33,415 nt of DNA from the IMG/VR virus record IMGVR_UViG_2563366922_000004; one strand, 5' to 3'. The position numbers were made by a program, and so were the translations under genes. Within the stretch, counting starts at the first letter, position 1, and each line of letters opens with the position of its first letter. Source of the DNA: a virus (lineage: Duplodnaviria > Heunggongvirae > Uroviricota > Caudoviricetes). This document shows positions 19,491 through 29,426 of this stretch, piece by piece. The notes beneath the pieces are model-generated. The model did not search any database, was not told where the DNA came from, and saw only the letters and a list, made by a program, of their open reading frames with translations.

Positions 19491-19913
19491 ATGTTCCTGA
19501 AAACCGAATCATTTGAACATAACGGTGTGACCGTCACGCTTTCTGAACTGTCAGCCCTGCAGCGCATTGAGCATCTCGCCCTGATGAAACGGCAGGCAGA
19601 ACAGGCGGAGTCAGACAGCAACCGGAAGTTTACTGTGGAAGACGCCATCAGAACCGGCGCGTTTCTGGTGGCGATGTCCCTGTGGCATAACCATCCGCAG
19701 AAGACGCAGATGCCGTCCATGAATGAAGCCGTTAAACAGATTGAGCAGGAAGTGCTTACCACCTGGCCCACGGAGGCAATTTCTCATGCTGAAAACGTGG
19801 TGTACCGGCTGTCTGGTATGTATGAGTTTGTGGTGAATAATGCCCCTGAACAGACAGAGGACGCCGGGCCCGCAGAGCCTGTTTCTGCGGGAAAGTGTTC
19901 GACGGTGAGCTGA
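19491..19913 (+). CDS. G: Tail assembly chaperone G (140 aa)
   Basis: MFLKTESFEHNGVTVTLSELSALQRIEHLALMKRQAE... matches lambda G. Confidence 0.9.
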   Translation: MFLKTESFEHNGVTVTLSELSALQRIEHLALMKRQAEQAESDSNRKFTVEDAIRTGAFLVAMSLWHNHPQKTQMPSMNEAVKQIEQEVLTTWPTEAISHAENVVYRLSGMYEFVVNNAPEQTEDAGPAEPVSAGKCSTVS

Positions 19914-20329
19914 GTTTTGCCCTGAAACTGGCGCGTGAGATGGGGCGACCCGACTGGCGTGCCATGCTTGCCGGGATGTCATCCACGGAGTATGCCGACT
20001 GGCACCGCTTTTACAGTACCCATTATTTTCATGATGTTCTGCTGGATATGCACTTTTCCGGGCTGACGTACACCGTGCTCAGCCTGTTTTTCAGCGATCC
20101 GGATATGCATCCGCTGGATTTCAGTCTGCTGAACCGGCGCGAGGCTGACGAAGAGCCTGAAGATGATGTGCTGATGCAGAAAGCGGCAGGGCTTGCCGGA
20201 GGCGTCCGCTTTGGCCCGGACGGGAATGAAGTTATCCCCGCTTCCCCGGATGTGGCGGACATGACGGAGGATGACGTAATGCTGATGACAGTATCAGAAG
20301 GGATCGCAGGAGGAGTCCGGTATGGCTGA
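19491..20329 (+). CDS. T: G-T fusion tail assembly protein made by -1 programmed frameshift at slippery heptamer GGGAAAG (19889-19895)
   Basis: Slippery sequence G GGA AAG is present in the G frame near its 3' end; the -1 frame continues as VFDGELSFALKLAREMGRPDW... (lambda T) to a stop at 20329. Confidence 0.7.
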
Positions 20330-22883
20330 ACCGGTAGGCGATCTGGTCGTTGATTTGAGTCTGGATGCGGCCAGATTTGACGAGCAGATGGCCAGAGTCA
20401 GGCGTCATTTTTCCGGTACGGAAAGTGATGCGAAAAAAACAGCGGCAGTCGTTGAACAGTCGCTGAGCCGACAGGCGCTGGCTGCACAGAAAGCGGGGAT
20501 TTCCATCGGGCAGTATAAAGCCGCCATGCGTATGCTGCCTGCACAGTTCACCGACGTGGCCACGCAGCTTGCAGGCGGGCAAAGTCCGTGGCTGATCCTG
20601 CTGCAACAGGGGGGGCAGGTGAAGGACTCCTTCGGCGGGATGATCCCCATGTTCAGGGGGCTTGCCGGTGCGATCACCCTGCCGATGGTGGGGGCCACCT
20701 CGCTGGCGGTGGCGACCGGTGCGCTGGCGTATGCCTGGTATCAGGGCAACTCAACCCTGTCCGATTTCAACAAAACGCTGGTCCTTTCCGGCAATCAGGC
20801 GGGACTGACGGCAGATCGTATGCTGGTCCTGTCCAGAGCCGGGCAGGCGGCAGGGCTGACGTTTAACCAGACCAGCGAGTCACTCAGCGCACTGGTTAAG
20901 GCGGGGGTAAGCGGTGAGGCTCAGATTGCGTCCATCAGCCAGAGTGTGGCGCGTTTCTCCTCTGCATCCGGCGTGGAGGTGGACAAGGTCGCTGAAGCCT
21001 TCGGGAAGCTGACCACAGACCCGACGTCGGGGCTGACGGCGATGGCTCGCCAGTTCCATAACGTGACGGCGGAGCAGATTGCGTATGTTGCTCAGTTGCA
21101 GCGTTCCGGCGATGAAGCCGGGGCATTGCAGGCGGCGAACGAGGCCGCAACGAAAGGGTTTGATGACCAGACCCGCCGCCTGAAAGAGAACATGGGCACG
21201 CTGGAGACCTGGGCAGACAGGACTGCGCGGGCATTCAAATCCATGTGGGATGCGGTGCTGGATATTGGTCGTCCTGATACCGCGCAGGAGATGCTGATTA
21301 AGGCAGAGGCTGCGTATAAGAAAGCAGACGACATCTGGAATCTGCGCAAGGATGATTATTTTGTTAACGATGAAGCGCGGGCGCGTTACTGGGATGATCG
21401 TGAAAAGGCCCGTCTTGCGCTTGAAGCCGCCCGAAAGAAGGCTGAGCAGCAGACTCAACAGGACAAAAATGCGCAGCAGCAGAGCGATACCGAAGCGTCA
21501 CGGCTGAAATATACCGAAGAGGCGCAGAAGGCTTACGAACGGCTGCAGACGCCGCTGGAGAAATATACCGCCCGTCAGGAAGAACTGAACAAGGCACTGA
21601 AAGACGGGAAAATCCTGCAGGCGGATTACAACACGCTGATGGCGGCGGCGAAAAAGGATTATGAAGCGACGCTGAAAAAGCCGAAACAGTCCAGCGTGAA
21701 GGTGTCTGCGGGCGATCGTCAGGAAGACAGTGCTCATGCTGCCCTGCTGACGCTTCAGGCAGAACTCCGGACGCTGGAGAAGCATGCCGGAGCAAATGAG
21801 AAAATCAGCCAGCAGCGCCGGGATTTGTGGAAGGCGGAGAGTCAGTTCGCGGTACTGGAGGAGGCGGCGCAACGTCGCCAGCTGTCTGCACAGGAGAAAT
21901 CCCTGCTGGCGCATAAAGATGAGACGCTGGAGTACAAACGCCAGCTGGCTGCACTTGGCGACAAGGTTACGTATCAGGAGCGCCTGAACGCGCTGGCGCA
22001 GCAGGCGGATAAATTCGCACAGCAGCAACGGGCAAAACGGGCCGCCATTGATGCGAAAAGCCGGGGGCTGACTGACCGGCAGGCAGAACGGGAAGCCACG
22101 GAACAGCGCCTGAAGGAACAGTATGGCGATAATCCGCTGGCGCTGAATAACGTCATGTCAGAGCAGAAAAAGACCTGGGCGGCTGAAGACCAGCTTCGCG
22201 GGAACTGGATGGCAGGCCTGAAGTCCGGCTGGAGTGAGTGGGAAGAGAGCGCCACGGACAGTATGTCGCAGGTAAAAAGTGCAGCCACGCAGACCTTTGA
22301 TGGTATTGCACAGAATATGGCGGCGATGCTGACCGGCAGTGAGCAGAACTGGCGCAGCTTCACCCGTTCCGTGCTGTCCATGATGACAGAAATTCTGCTT
22401 AAGCAGGCAATGGTGGGGATTGTCGGGAGTATCGGCAGCGCCATTGGCGGGGCTGTTGGTGGCGGCGCATCCGCGTCAGGCGGTACAGCCATTCAGGCCG
22501 CTGCGGCGAAATTCCATTTTGCAACCGGAGGATTTACGGGAACCGGCGGCAAATATGAGCCAGCGGGGATTGTTCACCGTGGTGAGTTTGTCTTCACGAA
22601 GGAGGCAACCAGCCGGATTGGCGTGGGGAATCTTTACCGGCTGATGCGCGGCTATGCCACCGGCGGTTATGTCGGTACACCGGGCAGCATGGCAGACAGC
22701 CGGTCGCAGGCGTCCGGGACGTTTGAGCAGAATAACCATGTGGTGATTAACAACGACGGCACGAACGGGCAGATAGGTCCGGCTGCTCTGAAGGCGGTGT
22801 ATGACATGGCCCGCAAGGGTGCCCGTGATGAAATTCAGACACAGATGCGTGATGGTGGCCTGTTCTCCGGAGGTGGACGATGA
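20322..22883 (+). CDS. H: Tail tape measure protein H (853 aa)
   Basis: MAEPVGDLVVDLSLDAARFDEQMARVRRHFSG... matches lambda H; same length. Confidence 0.95.
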   Translation: MAEPVGDLVVDLSLDAARFDEQMARVRRHFSGTESDAKKTAAVVEQSLSRQALAAQKAGISIGQYKAAMRMLPAQFTDVATQLAGGQSPWLILLQQGGQVKDSFGGMIPMFRGLAGAITLPMVGATSLAVATGALAYAWYQGNSTLSDFNKTLVLSGNQAGLTADRMLVLSRAGQAAGLTFNQTSESLSALVKAGVSGEAQIASISQSVARFSSASGVEVDKVAEAFGKLTTDPTSGLTAMARQFHNVTAEQIAYVAQLQRSGDEAGALQAANEAATKGFDDQTRRLKENMGTLETWADRTARAFKSMWDAVLDIGRPDTAQEMLIKAEAAYKKADDIWNLRKDDYFVNDEARARYWDDREKARLALEAARKKAEQQTQQDKNAQQQSDTEASRLKYTEEAQKAYERLQTPLEKYTARQEELNKALKDGKILQADYNTLMAAAKKDYEATLKKPKQSSVKVSAGDRQEDSAHAALLTLQAELRTLEKHAGANEKISQQRRDLWKAESQFAVLEEAAQRRQLSAQEKSLLAHKDETLEYKRQLAALGDKVTYQERLNALAQQADKFAQQQRAKRAAIDAKSRGLTDRQAEREATEQRLKEQYGDNPLALNNVMSEQKKTWAAEDQLRGNWMAGLKSGWSEWEESATDSMSQVKSAATQTFDGIAQNMAAMLTGSEQNWRSFTRSVLSMMTEILLKQAMVGIVGSIGSAIGGAVGGGASASGGTAIQAAAAKFHFATGGFTGTGGKYEPAGIVHRGEFVFTKEATSRIGVGNLYRLMRGYATGGYVGTPGSMADSRSQASGTFEQNNHVVINNDGTNGQIGPAALKAVYDMARKGARDEIQTQMRDGGLFSGGGR

Positions 22884-23209
22884 AGACCTTCCGCTGGAAA
22901 GTGAAACCCGGTATGGATGTGGCTTCGGTCCCTTCTGTAAGAAAGGTGCGCTTTGGTGATGGCTATTCTCAGCGAGCGCCTGCCGGGCTGAATGCCAACC
23001 TGAAAACGTACAGCGTGACGCTTTCTGTCCCCCGTGAGGAGGCCACGGTACTGGAGTCGTTTCTGGAAGAGCACGGGGGCTGGAAATCCTTTCTGTGGAC
23101 GCCGCCTTATGAGTGGCGGCAGATAAAGGTGACCTGCGCAAAATGGTCGTCGCGGGTCAGTATGCTGCGTGTTGAGTTCAGCGCAGAGTTTGAACAGGTG
23201 GTGAACTGA
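22880..23209 (+). CDS. M: Tail tip protein M (109 aa)
   Basis: MKTFRWKVKPGMDVASVPSVRKVRFGDGYSQRAP... matches lambda M. Confidence 0.9.
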   Translation: MKTFRWKVKPGMDVASVPSVRKVRFGDGYSQRAPAGLNANLKTYSVTLSVPREEATVLESFLEEHGGWKSFLWTPPYEWRQIKVTCAKWSSRVSMLRVEFSAEFEQVVN

Positions 23210-23907
23210 TGCAGGATATCCGGCAGGAAACACTGAATGAATGCACCCGTGCGGAGCAGTCGGCCAGCGTGGTGCTCTGGGAAATCGACCTGACAGAGGT
23301 CGGTGGAGAACGTTATTTTTTCTGTAATGAGCAGAACGAAAAAGGTGAGCCGGTCACCTGGCAGGGGCGACAGTATCAGCCGTATCCCATTCAGGGGAGC
23401 GGTTTTGAACTGAATGGCAAAGGCACCAGTACGCGCCCCACGCTGACGGTTTCTAACCTGTACGGTATGGTCACCGGGATGGCGGAAGATATGCAGAGTC
23501 TGGTCGGCGGAACGGTGGTCCGGCGTAAGGTTTACGCCCGTTTTCTGGATGCGGTGAACTTCGTCAACGGAAACAGTTACGCCGATCCGGAGCAGGAGGT
23601 GATCAGCCGCTGGCGCATTGAGCAGTGCAGCGAACTGAGCGCGGTGAGTGCCTCCTTTGTACTGTCCACGCCGACGGAAACGGATGGCGCTGTTTTTCCG
23701 GGACGTATCATGCTGGCCAACACCTGCACCTGGACCTATCGCGGTGACGAGTGCGGTTATAGCGGTCCGGCTGTCGCGGATGAATATGACCAGCCAACGT
23801 CCGATATCACGAAGGATAAATGCAGCAAATGCCTGAGCGGTTGTAAGTTCCGCAATAACGTCGGCAACTTTGGCGGCTTCCTTTCCATTAACAAACTTTC
23901 GCAGTAA
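23209..23907 (+). CDS. L: Tail tip protein L (232 aa)
   Basis: MQDIRQETLNECTRAEQSASVVLWEIDLTEVGGERYFF... matches lambda L. Confidence 0.9.
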   Translation: MQDIRQETLNECTRAEQSASVVLWEIDLTEVGGERYFFCNEQNEKGEPVTWQGRQYQPYPIQGSGFELNGKGTSTRPTLTVSNLYGMVTGMAEDMQSLVGGTVVRRKVYARFLDAVNFVNGNSYADPEQEVISRWRIEQCSELSAVSASFVLSTPTETDGAVFPGRIMLANTCTWTYRGDECGYSGPAVADEYDQPTSDITKDKCSKCLSGCKFRNNVGNFGGFLSINKLSQ

Positions 23908-23912
23908 ATCCC

Positions 23913-24656
23913 ATGACACAGACAGAATCAGCGATTCTGGCGCACGCCCGGCGATGTGCGCCAGCGGAGTCGTGCGGCTTCGTGGTAAGCACGCCGGAGG
24001 GGGAAAGATATTTCCCCTGCGTGAATATCTCCGGTGAGCCGGAGGCGTATTTCCGTATGTCGCCGGAAGACTGGCTGCAGGCAGAAATGCAGGGTGAGAT
24101 TGTGGCGCTGGTCCACAGCCACCCCGGTGGTCTGCCCTGGCTGAGTGAGGCCGACCGGCGGCTGCAGGTGCAGAGTGATTTGCCGTGGTGGCTGGTCTGC
24201 CGGGGGACGATTCATAAGTTCCGCTGTGTGCCGCATCTCACCGGGCGGCGCTTTGAGCACGGTGTGACGGACTGTTACACACTGTTCCGGGATGCTTATC
24301 ATCTGGCGGGGATTGAGATGCCGGACTTTCATCGTGAGGATGACTGGTGGCGTAACGGCCAGAATCTCTATCTGGATAATCTGGAGGCGACGGGGCTGTA
24401 TCAGGTGCCGTTGTCAGCGGCACAGCCGGGCGATGTGCTGCTGTGCTGTTTTGGTTCATCAGTGCCGAATCACGCCGCAATTTACTGCGGCGACGGCGAG
24501 CTGCTGCACCATATTCCTGAACAACTGAGCAAACGAGAGAGGTACACCGACAAATGGCAGCGACGCACACACTCCCTCTGGCGTCACCGGGCATGGCGCG
24601 CATCTGCCTTTACGGGGATTTACAACGATTTGGTCGCCGCATCGACCTTCGTGTGA
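23913..24656 (+). CDS. K: Tail tip assembly protein K (ORF as read is 247 aa; 3' end overlaps I by about 100 nt)
   Basis: MTQTESAILAHARRCAPAESCGFVVSTPEGERYF... matches lambda K; lambda K as I recall is annotated shorter (about 199 aa), so the true stop may differ from this ORF end. Confidence 0.8.
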   Translation: MTQTESAILAHARRCAPAESCGFVVSTPEGERYFPCVNISGEPEAYFRMSPEDWLQAEMQGEIVALVHSHPGGLPWLSEADRRLQVQSDLPWWLVCRGTIHKFRCVPHLTGRRFEHGVTDCYTLFRDAYHLAGIEMPDFHREDDWWRNGQNLYLDNLEATGLYQVPLSAAQPGDVLLCCFGSSVPNHAAIYCGDGELLHHIPEQLSKRERYTDKWQRRTHSLWRHRAWRASAFTGIYNDLVAASTFV

Positions 24657-25225
24657 AAACGGGGGCTGAAGCCATCCGGGCACTGGCCACACAGCTCCCG
24701 GCGTTTCGTCAGAAACTGAGCGACGGCTGGTATCAGGTACGGATTGCCGGGCGGGACGTCAGCACGTCCGGGTTAACGGCGCAGTTACATGAGACTCTGC
24801 CTGATGGCGCTGTAATTCATATTGTTCCCAGAGTCGCCGGGGCCAAGTCAGGTGGCGTATTCCAGATTGTCCTGGGGGCTGCCGCCATTGCCGGATCATT
24901 CTTTACCGCCGGAGCCACCCTTGCAGCATGGGGGGCAGCCATTGGGGCCGGTGGTATGACCGGCATCCTGTTTTCTCTCGGTGCCAGTATGGTGCTCGGT
25001 GGTGTGGCGCAGATGCTGGCACCGAAAGCCAGAACTCCCCGTATACAGACAACGGATAACGGTAAGCAGAACACCTATTTCTCCTCACTGGATAACATGG
25101 TTGCCCAGGGCAATGTTCTGCCTGTTCTGTACGGGGAAATGCGCGTGGGGTCACGCGTGGTTTCTCAGGAGATCAGCACGGCAGACGAAGGGGACGGTGG
25201 TCAGGTTGTGGTGATTGGTCGCTGA
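24554..25225 (+). CDS. I: Tail tip assembly protein I (223 aa)
   Basis: MAATHTLPLASPGMARICLYGDLQRFGRRIDLRVKTGAEAIRALATQLP... matches lambda I. Confidence 0.85.
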   Translation: MAATHTLPLASPGMARICLYGDLQRFGRRIDLRVKTGAEAIRALATQLPAFRQKLSDGWYQVRIAGRDVSTSGLTAQLHETLPDGAVIHIVPRVAGAKSGGVFQIVLGAAAIAGSFFTAGATLAAWGAAIGAGGMTGILFSLGASMVLGGVAQMLAPKARTPRIQTTDNGKQNTYFSSLDNMVAQGNVLPVLYGEMRVGSRVVSQEISTADEGDGGQVVVIGR

Positions 25226-25285
25226 TGCAAAATGTTTTATGTGAAACCGCCTGCGGGCGGTTTTGTCATTTATGGAGCGTGAGGA

Positions 25286-28200
25286 ATGGGTAAAGGAAGC
25301 AGTAAGGGGCATACCCCGCGCGAAGCGAAGGACAACCTGAAGTCCACGCAGTTGCTGAGTGTGATCGATGCCATCAGCGAAGGGCCGGTTGAAGGTCCGG
25401 TGGATGGATTAAAAAGCGTGCTGCTGAACAGTACGCCGGTGCTGGACACTGAGGGGAATACCAACATCTCCGGTGTCACGGTGGTGTTCCGTGCCGGTGA
25501 GCAGGAGCAGACACCGCCGGAGGGGTTTGAATCCTCCGGCTCCGAGACGGTGCTGGGTACGGAAGTGAAATATGACACGCCGATCACCCGCACCATTACG
25601 TCTGCAAACATCGACCGTCTGCGCTTTACCTTCGGTGTACAGGCACTGGTGGAAACCACCTCAAAGGGTGACAGGAATCCGTCGGAAGTCCGTCTGCTGG
25701 TTCAGATACAACGTAACGATGGCTGGGTGACGGAAAAAGACATCACCATTAAGGGCAAAACCACCTCGCAGTATCTGGCCTCGGTGGTGGTGGGTAGCCT
25801 GCCGCCGCGCCCGTTTAATATCCGGATGCGCAGGATGACGCCGGACAGCACCACAGACCAGCTGCAGAACAAAACGCTCTGGTCGTCATACACCGAAATC
25901 ATCGATGTGAAACAGTGCTACCCGAACACGGCACTGGTCGGCGTGCAGGTGGACTCGGAACAGTTCGGCAGCCAGCAGGTGAGCCGTAATTATCATCTTC
26001 GCGGGCGCATTCTGCAGGTGCCGTCGAACTATAACCCGCAGACGCGGCAATACAGCGGTATCTGGGACGGAACGTTTAAGCCGGCATACAGCAACAACCC
26101 GGCCTGGTGTCTGTGGGATATGCTGACCCACCCGCGCTACGGCATGGGGAAACGTCTTGGTGCGGCGGATGTGGATAAATGGGCGCTGTATGTCATCGGC
26201 CAGTACTGCGACCAGTCAGTGCCGGACGGTTTTGGCGGCACGGAGCCGCGCATCACCTGTAATGCCTACCTGACCACGCAGCGTAAGGCGTGGGATGTGC
26301 TCAGTGATTTCTGCTCGGCGATGCGCTGTATGCCGGTATGGAACGGGCAGACGCTGACGTTCGTGCAGGACCGACCATCAGATAAGGTGTGGACCTATAA
26401 CCGCAGTAATGTGGTGATGCCGGATGATGGCGCGCCGTTCCGCTACAGCTTCAGCGCCCTGAAGGACCGCCATAATGCCGTTGAGGTGAACTGGATTGAC
26501 CCGAACAACGGCTGGGAGACGGCGACAGAGCTTGTTGAAGATACGCAGGCCATTGCCCGTTACGGTCGTAATGTCACGAAGATGGATGCCTTTGGCTGTA
26601 CCAGCCGGGGGCAGGCACACCGCGCCGGGCTGTGGCTGATTAAAACGGAACTGCTGGAGACGCAGACCGTGGATTTCAGCGTGGGTGCTGAAGGGCTTCG
26701 CCATGTACCGGGCGATGTCATTGAAATCTGCGATGATGACTATGCCGGTATCAGCACCGGTGGTCGCGTGCTGGCGGTGAACAGCCAGACCCGGACGCTG
26801 ACGCTCGACCGTGAAATCACGCTGCCATCCTCCGGTACCACGCTGATAAGCCTGGTTGACGGAAGTGGTAATCCGGTCAGCGTGGAGGTTCAGTCCGTCA
26901 CCGACGGACTTAAGGTGAAAGTGAACCGGGTTCCTGACGGCGTTGCAGAATACAGTGTGTGGGGGCTGAAGTTGCCGACGTTGCGTCAGCGCCTGTTCCG
27001 CTGTGTGAGTATCCGTGAGAACGATGACGGCACGTATGCCATCACTGCCGTGCAGCATGTACCGGAAAAAGAAGCCATCGTGGATAACGGGGCGCACTTT
27101 GACGGCGACCAGAGCGGCACGGTGAATGGTGTCACGCCGCCAGCGGTGCAGCACCTGACCGCCGAAGTCACCGCAGACAGCGGGGAATATCAGGTGCTGG
27201 CGCGCTGGGACACGCCGAAGGTGGTGAAGGGCGTGAGTTTCCTGCTTCGCCTGACCGTGGCAGCGGATGACGGCAGTGAGCTGCTGGTCAGCACGGCCCG
27301 GACGGCGGAAACCACATACCGCTTCAGGCAACTGGCGCTGGGGAACTACAGGCTGACAGTCCGGGCGGTAAATGCGTGGGGGCAGCAGGGCGATCCGGCG
27401 TCGGTATCGTTCCGGATTGCCGCACCGGCAGCACCGTCGAGGATTGAGCTGACGCCGGGCTATTTTCAGATAACCGCCACGCCGCATCTTGCCGTTTATG
27501 ACCCGACGGTACAGTTTGAGTTCTGGTTCTCGGAAAAGCGGATTACCGATATCAGGCAGGTTGAAACCACAGCCCGCTATCTTGGTACGGCGCTGTACTG
27601 GATAGCCGCCAGTATCAATATCAAACCGGGCCATGATTATTACTTTTATATCCGCAGTGTGAACACCGTTGGCAAATCGGCATTCGTGGAGGCCGTCGGT
27701 CGGGCGAGCGATGATGCGGAAGGTTACCTGGATTTTTTCAAAGGCAAGATAACCGAATCCCATCTCGGTAAAGAGCTGCTGGAAAAAGTTGATCTGACGG
27801 AGGATAACGCCAGCAGACTGGATGAGTTTTCGAAAGAGTGGAAGGACGCTAACGATAAATGGAATGCCATGTGGGGCGTCAAAATTGAGCAGACCAAAGA
27901 CGGCAAACATTATGTCGCGGGTATTGGCCTCAGCATGGAGGACACGGAGGAAGGCAAGCTGAGCCAGTTTCTGGTTGCCGCTAACCGTATCGCGTTTATT
28001 GACCCGGCAAACGGGAATGAAACGCCGATGTTTGTGGCGCAGGGCAACCAGATATTCATGAACGACGTGTTCCTGAAGCGCCTGACAGCCCCCACCATTA
28101 CCAGCGGTGGCAGTCCTCCGGTATTTTCCCTGACATCAGACGGAAAGCTGACCGCTAAAAATGCGGATATCAGTGGTAGTGTGAATGCGAACTCAGGAAC

Positions 28201-28699
28201 GCTCAACAATGTCACGATTAACCAGAACTGTACGATTAAGGGCATGCTGGAGGCGACTCAGGTCAGAGGTGACTTCGTTAAAGCTGTATCCAAATCATTT
28301 CCGAAACAGGCTGGTACGTGGGGTAACACGGAAACACCAAACGGGACGGTTACAGTCACCATCAGCGATGATCATAACTTTGACCGTCAAATCATTATTC
28401 CGCCCATTATCTTTAACGGAATAGCGTATAGCGATCCGGGAAGTGGTAATAACCCGGGAGGTACAAGATACACGGGTTATGGTTTTGAAGTTCGCAAAAA
28501 CGGTGTATTAATCGCATCCAGAGAAACTAAAGGGGCCATTCCCGGTAGCTACAGTGCGGTTATTGATATGCCGAGTGGCAGGGGAAGCGTCACTCTGGAG
28601 TTTAAGGTTTTCCATAAAGGCAATCAGTGGGCAGGTAATATCACCGACTGTACGGTGATTGTGACCAAAAAAGCCGCTTCCGGCATCAGTATTCGTTGA
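25286..28699 (+). CDS. J: Central tail fibre / host specificity protein J (1137 aa) with C-terminal region diverged from lambda
   Basis: N-terminal 900+ aa resemble lambda J; the last ~150 aa ([42 protein letters not shown]...) differ from the lambda J receptor-binding end as I recall it. Confidence 0.92.
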   Translation: MGKGSSKGHTPREAKDNLKSTQLLSVIDAISEGPVEGPVDGLKSVLLNSTPVLDTEGNTNISGVTVVFRAGEQEQTPPEGFESSGSETVLGTEVKYDTPITRTITSANIDRLRFTFGVQALVETTSKGDRNPSEVRLLVQIQRNDGWVTEKDITIKGKTTSQYLASVVVGSLPPRPFNIRMRRMTPDSTTDQLQNKTLWSSYTEIIDVKQCYPNTALVGVQVDSEQFGSQQVSRNYHLRGRILQVPSNYNPQTRQYSGIWDGTFKPAYSNNPAWCLWDMLTHPRYGMGKRLGAADVDKWALYVIGQYCDQSVPDGFGGTEPRITCNAYLTTQRKAWDVLSDFCSAMRCMPVWNGQTLTFVQDRPSDKVWTYNRSNVVMPDDGAPFRYSFSALKDRHNAVEVNWIDPNNGWETATELVEDTQAIARYGRNVTKMDAFGCTSRGQAHRAGLWLIKTELLETQTVDFSVGAEGLRHVPGDVIEICDDDYAGISTGGRVLAVNSQTRTLTLDREITLPSSGTTLISLVDGSGNPVSVEVQSVTDGLKVKVNRVPDGVAEYSVWGLKLPTLRQRLFRCVSIRENDDGTYAITAVQHVPEKEAIVDNGAHFDGDQSGTVNGVTPPAVQHLTAEVTADSGEYQVLARWDTPKVVKGVSFLLRLTVAADDGSELLVSTARTAETTYRFRQLALGNYRLTVRAVNAWGQQGDPASVSFRIAAPAAPSRIELTPGYFQITATPHLAVYDPTVQFEFWFSEKRITDIRQVETTARYLGTALYWIAASINIKPGHDYYFYIRSVNTVGKSAFVEAVGRASDDAEGYLDFFKGKITESHLGKELLEKVDLTEDNASRLDEFSKEWKDANDKWNAMWGVKIEQTKDGKHYVAGIGLSMEDTEEGKLSQFLVAANRIAFIDPANGNETPMFVAQGNQIFMNDVFLKRLTAPTITSGGSPPVFSLTSDGKLTAKNADISGSVNANSGTLNNVTINQNCTIKGMLEATQVRGDFVKAVSKSFPKQAGTWGNTETPNGTVTVTISDDHNFDRQIIIPPIIFNGIAYSDPGSGNNPGGTRYTGYGFEVRKNGVLIASRETKGAIPGSYSAVIDMPSGRGSVTLEFKVFHKGNQWAGNITDCTVIVTKKAASGISIR

Positions 28700-28718
28700 A
28701 ATTGTTATAACCCATATA

Positions 28719-28745
28719 AGGGCACCAGAAATGGTGCCTTTTTTA
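28719..28745 (+). terminator. Intrinsic terminator after J: GGCACCA-gaaa-TGGTGCC followed by T6
   Basis: Hairpin plus T-run read directly, 20 bp after the J stop. Confidence 0.55.
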
Positions 28746-28768
28746 TTGCAGAAAAGCGAGAGGTAATT

Positions 28769-29368
28769 ATGCGTAAACTTTATGCCGCCATTTTGTCCGC
28801 AGCCATTTGTCTGGCCGTATCCGGTGCGCCTGCATGGGCGTCTGAACATCAGTCCACGCTGAGCGCGGGGTATCTTCATGCCTCGACGAACGTTCCCGGC
28901 AGCGATGATCTGAACGGGATTAACGTGAAATACCGTTATGAGTTTACGGACACACTGGGGCTGGTGACGTCATTCAGCTATGCAGGAGACAAGAATCGCC
29001 AGCTTACCCGTTACAGCGATACCCGCTGGCATGAAGATTCCGTGCGTAACCGCTGGTTCAGCGTGATGGCGGGGCCCTCTGTGCGCGTGAATGAATGGTT
29101 CAGTGCGTATGCGATGGCGGGCGTGGCTTACAGCCGTGTGTCGACTTTTTCCGGGGATTATCTCCGCGTAACTGACAACAAGGGGAAAACGCATGATGTG
29201 CTGACCGGAAGTGATGACGGTCGCCACAGCAACACGTCTCTGGCGTGGGGGGCTGGCGTGCAGTTTAACCCGACCGAATCCGTGGCCATTGATATTGCTT
29301 ATGAAGGTTCCGGCAGTGGTGACTGGCGCACTGACGGTTTCATCGTGGGTGTCGGTTATAAGTTCTGA
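28769..29368 (+). CDS. lom: Outer membrane protein Lom (Ail/Lom family beta-barrel), 199 aa
   Basis: Signal-peptide-like N-terminus [24 protein letters not shown] and C-terminal ...GVGYKF typical of Ail/Lom barrels; position after J as in lambda. Confidence 0.88.
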
Positions 29369-29392
29369 TTAGCCAGGTAACACAGTGTTATG

Positions 29393-29419
29393 ACAGCCCG
29401 CCGTTTCAGGCGGGATTTT
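29393..29419 (+). terminator. Intrinsic terminator after lom: CCCGCC-gtttca-GGCGGG followed by a T-run
   Basis: Hairpin plus ATTTTTTG read directly. Confidence 0.55.
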
Positions 29420-29426
29420 TTGTGGG

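Noticed and set aside
20880-23919. Several long minus-strand ORFs antisense to H, M and L (20880-21458, 21498-22028, 21974-22492, 22476-23141, 23107-23919)
   Set aside because: They are antisense to strongly supported tail genes and have Arg/Pro/Ser-rich low-complexity translations typical of GC-rich antisense frames.
26378-27910. 510-aa minus-strand ORF antisense to J
   Set aside because: Entirely inside J on the opposite strand; low-complexity Arg/Pro-rich translation; a long open antisense frame of this kind is not unusual in a GC-rich gene.
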